64,000 nucleotides of DNA from a virus (Duplodnaviria > Heunggongvirae > Uroviricota > Caudoviricetes): positions 54,443-118,442 of IMG/VR virus record IMGVR_UViG_3300013005_000022, one strand, 5' to 3'. Made by a program: the position numbers and the translations under genes. The notes under the pieces are model-generated. The model did not search any database and was not told the origin of the DNA. It was given only the letters and a program-made list of their open reading frames with translations. Shown here one piece after another: positions 46,514 through 55,109 of this stretch (its first letter is position 1; every line of letters begins with the position of its first letter).

Positions 46514-48208
46514 ATGTATGTTAGAAAATTCATATTCTTTTTTGTATTTTTGTTTATTACAATTGCAAGTTACGGTCAGACATTCAATTACTCGTATACT
46601 GACCCTTGTACTGGTGTAATAAAAACTATGCAGGTTCCATCAAATGGAATAACCATAACTTATTATGGACAAGTAAACACATTCCAACCATCAGATTTCT
46701 ATAATGGTGGTTTTGAGAGTTGGGCTCAAGGAGTCTATTCTTCATTTGGTAACAACAATCCATGTGCATCAGTGGTAGGTCTTCCTACTGGAATTAATAT
46801 TGCACAAAACACTGCAACTAATTTCTTAAGTATAGTAAATTCATTATCAGCTATTAGTGATTTGGCTGCATTGAATGGAGCTACCAATATTCTATCTGGA
46901 GTAGGTAGTGTATCAAATGCAAGTGGAAAAAAGGAAGAAAATAAAAAAGGAGGAAATGGTACACCAAATACTAACTCTGGAGGAAGTACACAAAATTCTG
47001 GAGGAAGCTCTACTACTCCAGGAACCTCAGGAAATCAAGGAACTTCTTCTGGAAGCTCAGGATCTTCTACTACACAAGGATCAAACAATACAGGTTCATC
47101 TCAATCACCTCAGACAGGAGGTCAATCGTCTCAGTCACCTGTAGGATCTCAACAAAATCAAACCGGAACAAATGGAAACAGTAGCAACAGTAGTACCAAT
47201 AGTAATTCTAGTGGGACTAGTAATACTAGCGGTAATACAAACAATACTCAACCTTCAACTGGGTCAAATCAAACCCAAACCGGAGGAACACAAACTGGCA
47301 ATACATCGTCTGGAAGCACAAATGCAAATAGCGGCAATGCTAATCAAGGTGGGAGTGGAACCTCAAGCGGCAATGGATCGAGCGGCCAAAATAGTAGCGG
47401 ATCATCTTCGTCCGGAGGATCTTCTGAAGGAAGTGGAACAGGAAATCAGCAAGGAGGAAGTGAAGCAACAAAAAGCGAAGAAGGCGGCAAAACGAACCTA
47501 GTTGGTGGATCGGTTGCATCTATAGGTAATTCAACTAATTCTGGAAGTGGATCTGCATCGAGCGAAAGTAGAAGACCAACTATACTTGCTAGTAGTGATT
47601 TGGTTGGATTTAATTTTAAAGATTCTGATGTTAGCAAAGGAGGTAAATTTACCGGAGGTTATACATCATTAAGATGGGATGGACAAAGATCTCACGGATT
47701 TTTAGTCGATTATACAACCGCTCTTAAAGGACCTAATGTTACTGCATTCTATGCATATATCAAGAAGAAAAGAATTGATTTGATATCAACTACTCTTACA
47801 TTAGGATTCGATAGAAAAACTTCAGTATATGGAACTTTGGCCGTAGGTCAAATGTGGAACATTGATAAAAAGAAAAAACTTAAAGCCGTTTACATGTTAA
47901 CCGGATCCTTTGGTAGTGTATACGAAGAAGCTTTCGTTGGAACCGCTGCAATTGCCGGTGTAATGTACGATTTAAAAGTTTCAAAACGAATAGATATTAA
48001 ACTAATGGGGCTATATGTCTATGCTCCTTATGTTAGTTATTATAATGACATACTACTAAAATCTCCTCATGTAGTTCTTCCTATCATTGGAACTAACATT
48101 GGACTTACGAAGAGATTTAAGTTAAACATAAATGGTGGTGGCGCTTGGGCACTAAACGAAAATGCACTGAACTACACCATAATGATGGGTACTAGATTTT
48201 TATTATGA
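46514..48208 (+). CDS. secreted protein: signal peptide, ~230-aa Ser/Gly/Thr/Asn/Gln low-complexity region, C-terminal outer-membrane beta-barrel-like domain
   Basis: Signal peptide ...ITIASYGQ; long low-complexity region; C-terminal alternating-hydrophobic strands ending ...GTRFLL (aromatic terminus typical of outer-membrane barrels). Confidence 0.55.
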   Translation: MYVRKFIFFFVFLFITIASYGQTFNYSYTDPCTGVIKTMQVPSNGITITYYGQVNTFQPSDFYNGGFESWAQGVYSSFGNNNPCASVVGLPTGINIAQNTATNFLSIVNSLSAISDLAALNGATNILSGVGSVSNASGKKEENKKGGNGTPNTNSGGSTQNSGGSSTTPGTSGNQGTSSGSSGSSTTQGSNNTGSSQSPQTGGQSSQSPVGSQQNQTGTNGNSSNSSTNSNSSGTSNTSGNTNNTQPSTGSNQTQTGGTQTGNTSSGSTNANSGNANQGGSGTSSGNGSSGQNSSGSSSSGGSSEGSGTGNQQGGSEATKSEEGGKTNLVGGSVASIGNSTNSGSGSASSESRRPTILASSDLVGFNFKDSDVSKGGKFTGGYTSLRWDGQRSHGFLVDYTTALKGPNVTAFYAYIKKKRIDLISTTLTLGFDRKTSVYGTLAVGQMWNIDKKKKLKAVYMLTGSFGSVYEEAFVGTAAIAGVMYDLKVSKRIDIKLMGLYVYAPYVSYYNDILLKSPHVVLPIIGTNIGLTKRFKLNINGGGAWALNENALNYTIMMGTRFLL

Positions 48209-49878
48209 GAAAGTTTATCACCACACTAATTGCCGTTTTGGTAACATGTGCTACATATGCACAAACGTTTACATATTCAGGCTACATCTATAACGCAAAT
48301 GGTACCGGAGCAGTAAATGTTCCAGTAAAGTTGTATAAGAGAACAACTCCAGTATTGACTGGATTCACATCTCAAACAAATTATAACGGTCACTCATATT
48401 ACCGATCAACTAGTAGTATGACTTGGACTGCTGCAAAAACTGCATGTGAAAATATGAACGGTCACTTAGCTACCGTATCTAATGCAGCGGAAAATAATTT
48501 CCTATTCAATACTTGGCCATCTGGTTGGATTGGTTATTATCAAGATAAGGTTGGTGGATATACTTATTCAGAACCGGCCGGTGGATATCGTTGGACTGAA
48601 AGTAAAGTAACTTCCGGATTAGCATCGGATTATGATGTTTCATCTTATACATCAGGATCTACTTTAACTGATATCAAATCAAGTATTAATGCCACTCTTT
48701 ATAATACTCCATCATACTCTAGTACAGGAGGAAAGTACTTAGCATTTAATGGATCTAATCAATATGCAATTACCGGCGATTTAGCTTCTAAATTCTCTTC
48801 AACTGCAATATCAGTAGTTACATGGATTTATCCTACAGGAAATGGTGTTATTGCATCAGAATTAAATATTGCAAGTCCTACATCCGGATGGCATGAATCT
48901 ATAATAGAAATCACTGGGTCTAATACTCTTCGAATCGGTCTTTGGAACGGAACTGGAATTACTCAATTAAGCACTGCTATTACTCTTAATACCTGGAATA
49001 TGGTTTGTATTACATATGATGGAACTACAATGAGAGGATATCTAAATAATGTGAGTTTTGGTAGTGTTAACTTTTCTCGTCAGGCAGCCTTTTTACATAG
49101 TGGTAATGGACAACAACATTTTGCATTCGGTTTAAGTGATGCAACCCATATGGGATCTGGTGCTTATGGTTCTTTTAGATTAGGACTTATTCAATTTTTC
49201 GATAGAGCAATTACCGTTGATGAAATTGATAGAACTTTCAATTTTTATGCATACCGTTATCGAACAAACCAATATACAAATTGGAATCCCGGAGAACCTA
49301 ATGATGCAGGAACCGAAGACTATGCTCAATTTGTTGGTGGTGGAAAATGGAATGATCTTCCGAATATGTCTCTTCCTTATGTGATTGAATTTGATTATGT
49401 TGTTGGATTTACTTCATGGGTTTTACATCAAACAGTTTATACGAATTCATCAGGATTCTATTCATTTTCTCAGGCATCAAATCCATCAGTTGAATGGTAT
49501 ATACAAATTGATGCACCTACTCCTGTAACTATTCATCAAACTTCGGATTTAAGTTCAATAGGAAATATTGTATTAGGTAGTACTACCAAGAAATCTTTAC
49601 ATTGGAATATGTTCGATGTGAATAACGATGGAAATATAACAGTATCCGATGCATACTATGTGAGTGGAAAGAAAAATGGAATATTTGCCAGTTGGATAGG
49701 ATCTCAAAGATCTGCTCTATATACGATTGCTCAATTTAATGCACTTAATTCTGGAACAACTAATTTAAAGGCAACATATCCAGGAGTAAGTTCTTTTACG
49801 ATATCTACTCCAGTGAGTGGCGGATCTACAAATTATTATCTAATAGCTCCAGGTTATGCTGGACAAGTAACATATTAA
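48205..49878 (+). CDS. secreted C-type lectin-like protein with large inserted domain
   Basis: Signal peptide ...VTCATYAQ; CTLD N-half WTAAKTACENMNGHLATVSNAAENNFL..WIGYYQD and C-half WNPGEPNDAGTEDYAQFVGGGKWNDLP separated by a ~230-aa insertion. Confidence 0.6.
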   Translation: MRKFITTLIAVLVTCATYAQTFTYSGYIYNANGTGAVNVPVKLYKRTTPVLTGFTSQTNYNGHSYYRSTSSMTWTAAKTACENMNGHLATVSNAAENNFLFNTWPSGWIGYYQDKVGGYTYSEPAGGYRWTESKVTSGLASDYDVSSYTSGSTLTDIKSSINATLYNTPSYSSTGGKYLAFNGSNQYAITGDLASKFSSTAISVVTWIYPTGNGVIASELNIASPTSGWHESIIEITGSNTLRIGLWNGTGITQLSTAITLNTWNMVCITYDGTTMRGYLNNVSFGSVNFSRQAAFLHSGNGQQHFAFGLSDATHMGSGAYGSFRLGLIQFFDRAITVDEIDRTFNFYAYRYRTNQYTNWNPGEPNDAGTEDYAQFVGGGKWNDLPNMSLPYVIEFDYVVGFTSWVLHQTVYTNSSGFYSFSQASNPSVEWYIQIDAPTPVTIHQTSDLSSIGNIVLGSTTKKSLHWNMFDVNNDGNITVSDAYYVSGKKNGIFASWIGSQRSALYTIAQFNALNSGTTNLKATYPGVSSFTISTPVSGGSTNYYLIAPGYAGQVTY

Positions 49879-49883
49879 ATATC

Positions 49884-50339
49884 ATGAAAAAACTACTTCT
49901 TTTATTACTACTTTTGCCAATCCTATCATTTGGACAAATCAATCCATGTGTTCATGTGGATTCGATATACTCAACCGCCAAATTTAAGGAAATGGGAAAT
50001 CGAGATATTCGTTTCGGTATCAAACAAATGGCTGAAGATATTCTATCTGAAAAATACTGCATCAATGCATCATCGCCGGATGTAGATATTGAGGTGTTCT
50101 TCTTCGGTTTGCCTAGAACTACAATTAGAATAGTTGGTGTTGAAAAGACTAATCAGATAACACAAGTTGGGATTCGTATTTATTATAACGGTTCAAAATA
50201 TGAAGCATACGGAGAATCCGATACTGAAATTAGAACTATAATGTTAGAGGTTGCAGAAGGTCAAATGCCATTCTCTAAAATGACAATATCCAATGCAATA
50301 AAAAAAGCACTAGTATCATGCGTATCACAAATGCCTTAA
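49884..50339 (+). CDS. secreted hypothetical protein
   Basis: Signal peptide MKKLLLLLLLLPILSFGQ. Confidence 0.5.
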   Translation: MKKLLLLLLLLPILSFGQINPCVHVDSIYSTAKFKEMGNRDIRFGIKQMAEDILSEKYCINASSPDVDIEVFFFGLPRTTIRIVGVEKTNQITQVGIRIYYNGSKYEAYGESDTEIRTIMLEVAEGQMPFSKMTISNAIKKALVSCVSQMP

Positions 50340-50782
50340 TCTTCTTTCTTCTTCTTTTACCTACATTAACATTTGGACAAATTACAGTTCAAGATGTTGG
50401 TGATAGATGGAAGGCTAAAGTTGATTCGGCAATTGAATTAATAAAGAAGACAGATACCATATCGTATCAAATTCTGATTGAGAATTGTAAAGATGTTGAA
50501 TTTATTATTGGTAAGTACTCAACTACAAAACCTCCTTATACGATTGCAATAACCACTAAAGACATGAACCTAAATTCAATCAATAATATTGCTGCGGTTT
50601 TGGTTCATGAATCCTATCATCTTTTTATATACAATAACAAGATACGTTACTCTATTAACGAAGAAGAGGCAGTTTGTTATCAAAGAGAATATGATTTCCT
50701 ATGTAAGCTATCCGATGTTGAAGATTGGTTATTCCTTAATGCCATGAATAACATCATTCTTTATCGAACTCCGAAGAAGTAA
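50318..50782 (+). CDS. secreted small protein with HExxH motif (zincin-like candidate)
   Basis: Signal peptide ...LPTLTFGQ; VLVHESYHLF contains HExxH. Confidence 0.45.
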   Translation: MRITNALIFFLLLLPTLTFGQITVQDVGDRWKAKVDSAIELIKKTDTISYQILIENCKDVEFIIGKYSTTKPPYTIAITTKDMNLNSINNIAAVLVHESYHLFIYNNKIRYSINEEEAVCYQREYDFLCKLSDVEDWLFLNAMNNIILYRTPKK

Positions 50783-50833
50783 CCGTTTTATTGAAAAGTT
50801 CATATAATTTATAATTGAACTAAAACAAACCCC

Positions 50834-50977
50834 ATGAAAAGATTATTTATTATTGGTGGAATTCTTATGATTCTATCGGGAATTGCAGGCTGGATTTATG
50901 GCTCGTATAAAGCAGATGAAATTCTTAAAGAGGATTCATATCAAGAATCTATGATGATACCTAATAGAAGCAAATAA
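50834..50977 (+). CDS. unannotated 47-aa membrane peptide
   Basis: MKRLFIIGGILMILSGIAGWIYGSYKADEILKEDSYQESMMIPNRSK; below the ORF-track length cutoff; stop overlaps the next ATG. Confidence 0.35.
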   Translation: MKRLFIIGGILMILSGIAGWIYGSYKADEILKEDSYQESMMIPNRSK

Positions 50978-51399
50978 TGGAATTACTTAACACACATCCA
51001 ATTAAGAAATCTGATTTAGGTTTCCATGGAAATCTATTCGGCGGAAAACTTCTTGCTTGGATTGATGCAGCGGCTGCCGGATTTGCCATGCAATTGTGTG
51101 ATTCTCCAAGAATGGTTACCGTAAGTATTGATAAATGTTATTTTGAACGTCCAGCGAAAGAAGGTAATTTGGTGAAAATTTACGGCAAGCCTAGTGAATT
51201 AGGATTTACTTCTATCACCATGTATCTTGAAGCTAGAGCACACAATGTTTATACCGGAAAGCAAACTCTAGTTCTTAAAACACAAATTAAATTTGTCCAT
51301 ATCGACGAAGAAGGAAATCCTATTCCTATTGGAGAGAAAGGGCGTATGAGAATAACTAAATTGTTAGAAAATGAAAACACCGCACCAACTAAAGATTGA
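50977..51399 (+). CDS. hotdog-fold acyl-CoA thioesterase (YciA-like)
   Basis: HGNLFGGKLLAWIDAAAAGFA matches the acyl-CoA hydrolase signature (HG.lFGG.lL.W.D). Confidence 0.7.
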   Translation: MELLNTHPIKKSDLGFHGNLFGGKLLAWIDAAAAGFAMQLCDSPRMVTVSIDKCYFERPAKEGNLVKIYGKPSELGFTSITMYLEARAHNVYTGKQTLVLKTQIKFVHIDEEGNPIPIGEKGRMRITKLLENENTAPTKD

Positions 51400-52012
51400 T
51401 TTTGATTTAGATGAATTCGATCAAAAGAAGAACCCAAAACGAATAAAAGATTTATTGAGTAATATCAATGATTGGTTATGGCAAAATGTAGGATGGAGAA
51501 TCCGCTACGTATATAGATCCATAAAGAATGTTATTCGTTGGATGCCAATTATTTGGAAAGATCAGGATTGGGATAGTAGTTACATATTTGAAATTCTTAA
51601 ATTCAAGTTAGCTAATCAAGCCAAATATATTGGCGGTCACGATCGACATACCACTGCAAAACGTGATGCTGAAATTATGATGACTTGCGTTAGGCTAATT
51701 GATAAAGTTCAAGATGAATTTTATGACGGTGAATATATGGACTATCACGAATCTAATTTTAGATTTGAACCTTGCGAAGATAAACCAGGTTATTCTGAAA
51801 TGCACATAGATGAAATCTCTAATCGATATCCCGAGTATTTTGCTAAATATCCTCGTCAATATAAACGAGCATTAGATCCAAATACTAAATGGTATTATAG
51901 CGAGAAATCAGATAAAACTATTGCAATGTGGATTGGTGATGAAAATCAAAAACGTGCACAAACTCTACTCTTCAAAATTATGAACGAAAACATCCGAAAA
52001 TGGTGGGATTGA
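51371..52012 (+). CDS. hypothetical protein
   Basis: 213-aa ORF. Confidence 0.5.
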   Translation: MKTPHQLKIDFDLDEFDQKKNPKRIKDLLSNINDWLWQNVGWRIRYVYRSIKNVIRWMPIIWKDQDWDSSYIFEILKFKLANQAKYIGGHDRHTTAKRDAEIMMTCVRLIDKVQDEFYDGEYMDYHESNFRFEPCEDKPGYSEMHIDEISNRYPEYFAKYPRQYKRALDPNTKWYYSEKSDKTIAMWIGDENQKRAQTLLFKIMNENIRKWWD

Positions 52013-52117
52013 TAATTAGAAGTACATACTTAATCATTAGATGTACTTCTCGGTTCATCTAATGACCTTAATAGAAAGAATAACTATTATATAGATTATC
52101 TTACAATAAGTACCCTA

Positions 52118-52220
52118 TTGTTAATAAACTACCAAAAATTGTTAATAACTTTTTGACCCGAGATTTTTTAATCTCGGGTTTTTGTTTTATATTTGTTATA
52201 TCAAATTAAATAATAAACAT
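52118..52220 (+). promoter_or_regulatory. conserved promoter cassette with hairpin, copy 8 of 8 (duplicated upstream box)
   Basis: TTGTTAATAAACT + TTGTTAATAACTTT; hairpin GACCCGAGATTTTTTAATCTCGGGTTTTTG; TATATTTGTTATATCAAATTAAATA. Confidence 0.65.
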
Positions 52221-52517
52221 ATGAAAAATTTACCTATTTACGCAAAAACTCTTTTACTTCAAGGCGCTTCAACAACCGGTACATTTACCGAAGGTTATTA
52301 CTTCGTTGAAGAACAAATCCGCGTAAAAGACTCAAAAACATTATTTGAATTTTGTCAATGGATCGATATAAACATAGGTGGAGCTGCTTCTGGTAACATT
52401 GATATGTTATTCTCTGCATTCAAAAATCCATTTAATGTTGAATATTCAACATATGTTGAATTAAACAAACAAGCAAATGAATTAGCAATCAAAATTCGTA
52501 ATATCAAATCTCTATAA
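52221..52517 (+). CDS. hypothetical protein
   Basis: Start moved to the ATG after the promoter core. Confidence 0.5.
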   Translation: MKNLPIYAKTLLLQGASTTGTFTEGYYFVEEQIRVKDSKTLFEFCQWIDINIGGAASGNIDMLFSAFKNPFNVEYSTYVELNKQANELAIKIRNIKSL

Positions 52518-52518
52518 T

Positions 52519-52743
52519 ATGTCTAATACGTTCAATACTCGACAAGATGTTATCAAAGCATTAGAAACTGAATTTTCTCATAAACCAGGAAGTTTCAATA
52601 ACAACGAAAAAACAAAGTCCAGAGAAAAATTCTGGACGTACAATCGTTTACTTCGTTTCTATTGGGATATCAAATGCGGTTTCAAAGAAACTTACCGAAC
52701 GCAATACAATAAACAAACTGGTTACTACGAACTTATAAAATAA
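52519..52743 (+). CDS. hypothetical protein
   Basis: 74-aa ORF. Confidence 0.45.
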   Translation: MSNTFNTRQDVIKALETEFSHKPGSFNNNEKTKSREKFWTYNRLLRFYWDIKCGFKETYRTQYNKQTGYYELIK

Positions 52744-52747
52744 AAAT

Positions 52748-53392
52748 ATGAAATTAGAAATTCCAAAAGGCGTAAACGTTTGGTTTACTTCAGATACACA
52801 TTACAATCACAAAAACATTTGTCGAGGTGTAAGTACATGGGAATCTGGAAGAGGAACTCGAGATTTTGCAAATCTGCAAAAGATGAACGAGGAAATCGTT
52901 AACCAAATCAACTCAAAGGTAATGGAAAATGATATTCTATTTCATCTTGGTGATTGGTCATTTGGTGGATTCGAATCTATTACTGAATTCCGTAATCGTA
53001 TTGTTTGCAAAAACATTCACTTGATTTTAGGTAATCATGACCATCACATCGAACACAATGTAGATGATGTTCAGGATTTATTTGCTTCGGTTAATCAATA
53101 CTTGAAATTTCAAATCAATATTAATCGAACCGCAAATAGCGTAGATAAACACAACTTCGTACTTTGTCATTATCCTCTTGGATCTTGGCACGATATGGCA
53201 ATGGGTGTAATACATCTACATGGTCACGTTCACCTTCCGTCTCATCTAAAAATAGGCGATGGAAAAGCAATGGATGTTGGTGTTGATGGAAATAACATGG
53301 CAGTATACTCATTACAAGAAATCGTAAACATAATGAAGAAACAACCAATTGCTTCTTTGCGTTTACCAAAAGATCATCACGAACAAAAATAA
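52748..53392 (+). CDS. calcineurin-like metallophosphoesterase
   Basis: Complete motif set: FTSDTHYNH (DxH), HLGDWSFGG (GD), LILGNHDHH (GNHD/E), HLHGHVHLPSH (GH, GHxH). Confidence 0.8.
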   Translation: MKLEIPKGVNVWFTSDTHYNHKNICRGVSTWESGRGTRDFANLQKMNEEIVNQINSKVMENDILFHLGDWSFGGFESITEFRNRIVCKNIHLILGNHDHHIEHNVDDVQDLFASVNQYLKFQININRTANSVDKHNFVLCHYPLGSWHDMAMGVIHLHGHVHLPSHLKIGDGKAMDVGVDGNNMAVYSLQEIVNIMKKQPIASLRLPKDHHEQK

Positions 53393-53404
53393 CATATAAA
53401 AAAT

Positions 53405-53812
53405 ATGAAAAAACTAATCTTACTTCGCGGATTACCAGGTGCTGGAAAATCAACATTAGCTAAAACATTTGAAGGTGCTAGTCACTTTGAAGCTGATATG
53501 TACTTTATGGATGAGAATTCAAATTACAACTTTGATGCTTCTAAATTAAGAGATGCTCATGCATGGTGCCAAAATTCAGTTAACGCCGCAATGACACTTA
53601 ACCATACTACTGGTGCTAATGAAACCATCGTGGTTTCTAATACCTTTACTCAAGAATGGGAAATGGAAGCATATACAAAAATGGCAGATCAATGGGGTTA
53701 TCGAGTATTCTCTTTAATCGTCGAGAATCGTCATGGTGGAGTTAATGCACATGGAGTACCAGAAGATAAATTGCAAATGATGAAAGATCGTTTTGAACTT
53801 AAATTAATATAA
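53405..53812 (+). CDS. P-loop kinase (polynucleotide-kinase-like)
   Basis: MKKLILLRGLPGAGKSTLAKTF resembles the T4 Pnk kinase N-terminus (MKKIILTIGCPGSGKSTWA); 135 aa. Confidence 0.55.
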   Translation: MKKLILLRGLPGAGKSTLAKTFEGASHFEADMYFMDENSNYNFDASKLRDAHAWCQNSVNAAMTLNHTTGANETIVVSNTFTQEWEMEAYTKMADQWGYRVFSLIVENRHGGVNAHGVPEDKLQMMKDRFELKLI

Positions 53813-53813
53813 C

Positions 53814-54032
53814 ATGAAAAATGACAGACACATTTGGGAAGGTTGGACGGTTCAATCTTTTATTGATGAATTACAACCTGTGTTTAATATGATAATCACT
53901 AATAGATCTCATATTAAACCTTTCAAAACCAAAGACGAACTTAAAACTTGGTGTAAGGAAAATCAACCTTATTACAAGAAACATATACCAGAAGTATATC
54001 AACATTTTTTAAGCTTAACTTCGTTAGACTAA
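53814..54032 (+). CDS. hypothetical protein
   Basis: 72-aa ORF. Confidence 0.4.
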   Translation: MKNDRHIWEGWTVQSFIDELQPVFNMIITNRSHIKPFKTKDELKTWCKENQPYYKKHIPEVYQHFLSLTSLD

Positions 54033-54033
54033 T

Positions 54034-54294
54034 ATGAAAAATATTGATATTGAATTAGATCGAATAAATGTTCGTTCTGAACAAATCCTTGATCGTCTAA
54101 AAGAAATTCAAGGAGAACGAACAACCATCAAATTCAAACTAAAAAACAATTTGATTGATTTCGTTTTAGGTGAGCTACAAATACAAACATTAGATTATGA
54201 AGCTCTTCTTTTGGTTGAGGAAACTGCTGAATTAGAATCCGATATTGTATTCGTTGAATTAATCGATGAATTAGATATTGATATACAAAGATAA
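54034..54294 (+). CDS. hypothetical acidic protein
   Basis: 86-aa ORF. Confidence 0.4.
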   Translation: MKNIDIELDRINVRSEQILDRLKEIQGERTTIKFKLKNNLIDFVLGELQIQTLDYEALLLVEETAELESDIVFVELIDELDIDIQR

Positions 54295-54303
54295 ACAAAT
54301 AAT

Positions 54304-54516
54304 ATGTCAGATATAACAAAATGCCCAGGTACCGATTGTCCTATAAAAGATGATTGTTATCGTTTCAATGCTGAATCAGGTTTCCGTCAATCATGGTTTA
54401 CTAAAGCTCCTGGAGAATTAAACGAAGGTAAATTTAGTTGCGATATGTATTGGGGTGAACATTCTGAAGGGATTTGGAATCAACTTATAGAAATAACAAA
54501 AGGAAACAAATCATGA
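54304..54516 (+). CDS. hypothetical Cys-containing small protein
   Basis: 70-aa ORF with CPGTDCP...C motif. Confidence 0.4.
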   Translation: MSDITKCPGTDCPIKDDCYRFNAESGFRQSWFTKAPGELNEGKFSCDMYWGEHSEGIWNQLIEITKGNKS

Positions 54517-55097
54517 AATTAAGAAACCAATTGAAGTACTTCTTCGAGAACTTTGAATTTTTAGGAGCGTACAACTCACCATTCCGATCACCAAAACCTC
54601 GTTTGTATATAGGAAAGGTTGCTATTGGTACTCCTTACTTCTTTCCTCGAAGATGGGTTAGGTATACTCATGATGATGCGGTTAAAGCAACGATTGATTC
54701 GATGAATGATCGTAAAAAGATAACACAATCTTTTGATACTTGGTATAACTCATATAGACGATATCGCAAAGCGATTCCTAAAAAAATTGGATTTGATTTT
54801 GTTCCTATGGGTTGGAAAACGAAATGGTCAGATACCGATTATCGTTTTGAATGGTCTCCGGTTTGGTCATTTGTTTTTTTCAAATGGCAAATTGCAATTA
54901 CTTTTATTGCACCAGAAATGCATCACTATTGGGAATGTTGGTTATTCTATACACGAAACACCGACAAAACTAAATCGATTGAAGAAAGAATTGCTCAATG
55001 TAGAGAAGAATTTCCGTGTATATGGAGCACCACAATAGAAGGAGAAACAACCAAAACATGTTATTGGGATAAGATCTTAAAAGATAAATGGTTGTAG
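54513..55097 (+). CDS. hypothetical protein
   Basis: Start moved to the ATG overlapping the upstream stop (MKLRNQ...). Confidence 0.5.
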   Translation: MKLRNQLKYFFENFEFLGAYNSPFRSPKPRLYIGKVAIGTPYFFPRRWVRYTHDDAVKATIDSMNDRKKITQSFDTWYNSYRRYRKAIPKKIGFDFVPMGWKTKWSDTDYRFEWSPVWSFVFFKWQIAITFIAPEMHHYWECWLFYTRNTDKTKSIEERIAQCREEFPCIWSTTIEGETTKTCYWDKILKDKWL

Positions 55098-55109
55098 CAT
55101 ATAATAAAT

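Noticed and set aside
46908-47501. Alternative-frame + strand ORFs inside the low-complexity region of gene 46514-48208, and similar ORFs at 30157, 44030 and 2595
   Set aside because: These are embedded in longer ORFs with clear domain content. They are produced by compositionally biased repeats.
48205-49878. Diversity-generating retroelement targeting the C-type lectin gene
   Set aside because: No reverse-transcriptase ORF and no template/variable repeat pair are visible anywhere in the window.
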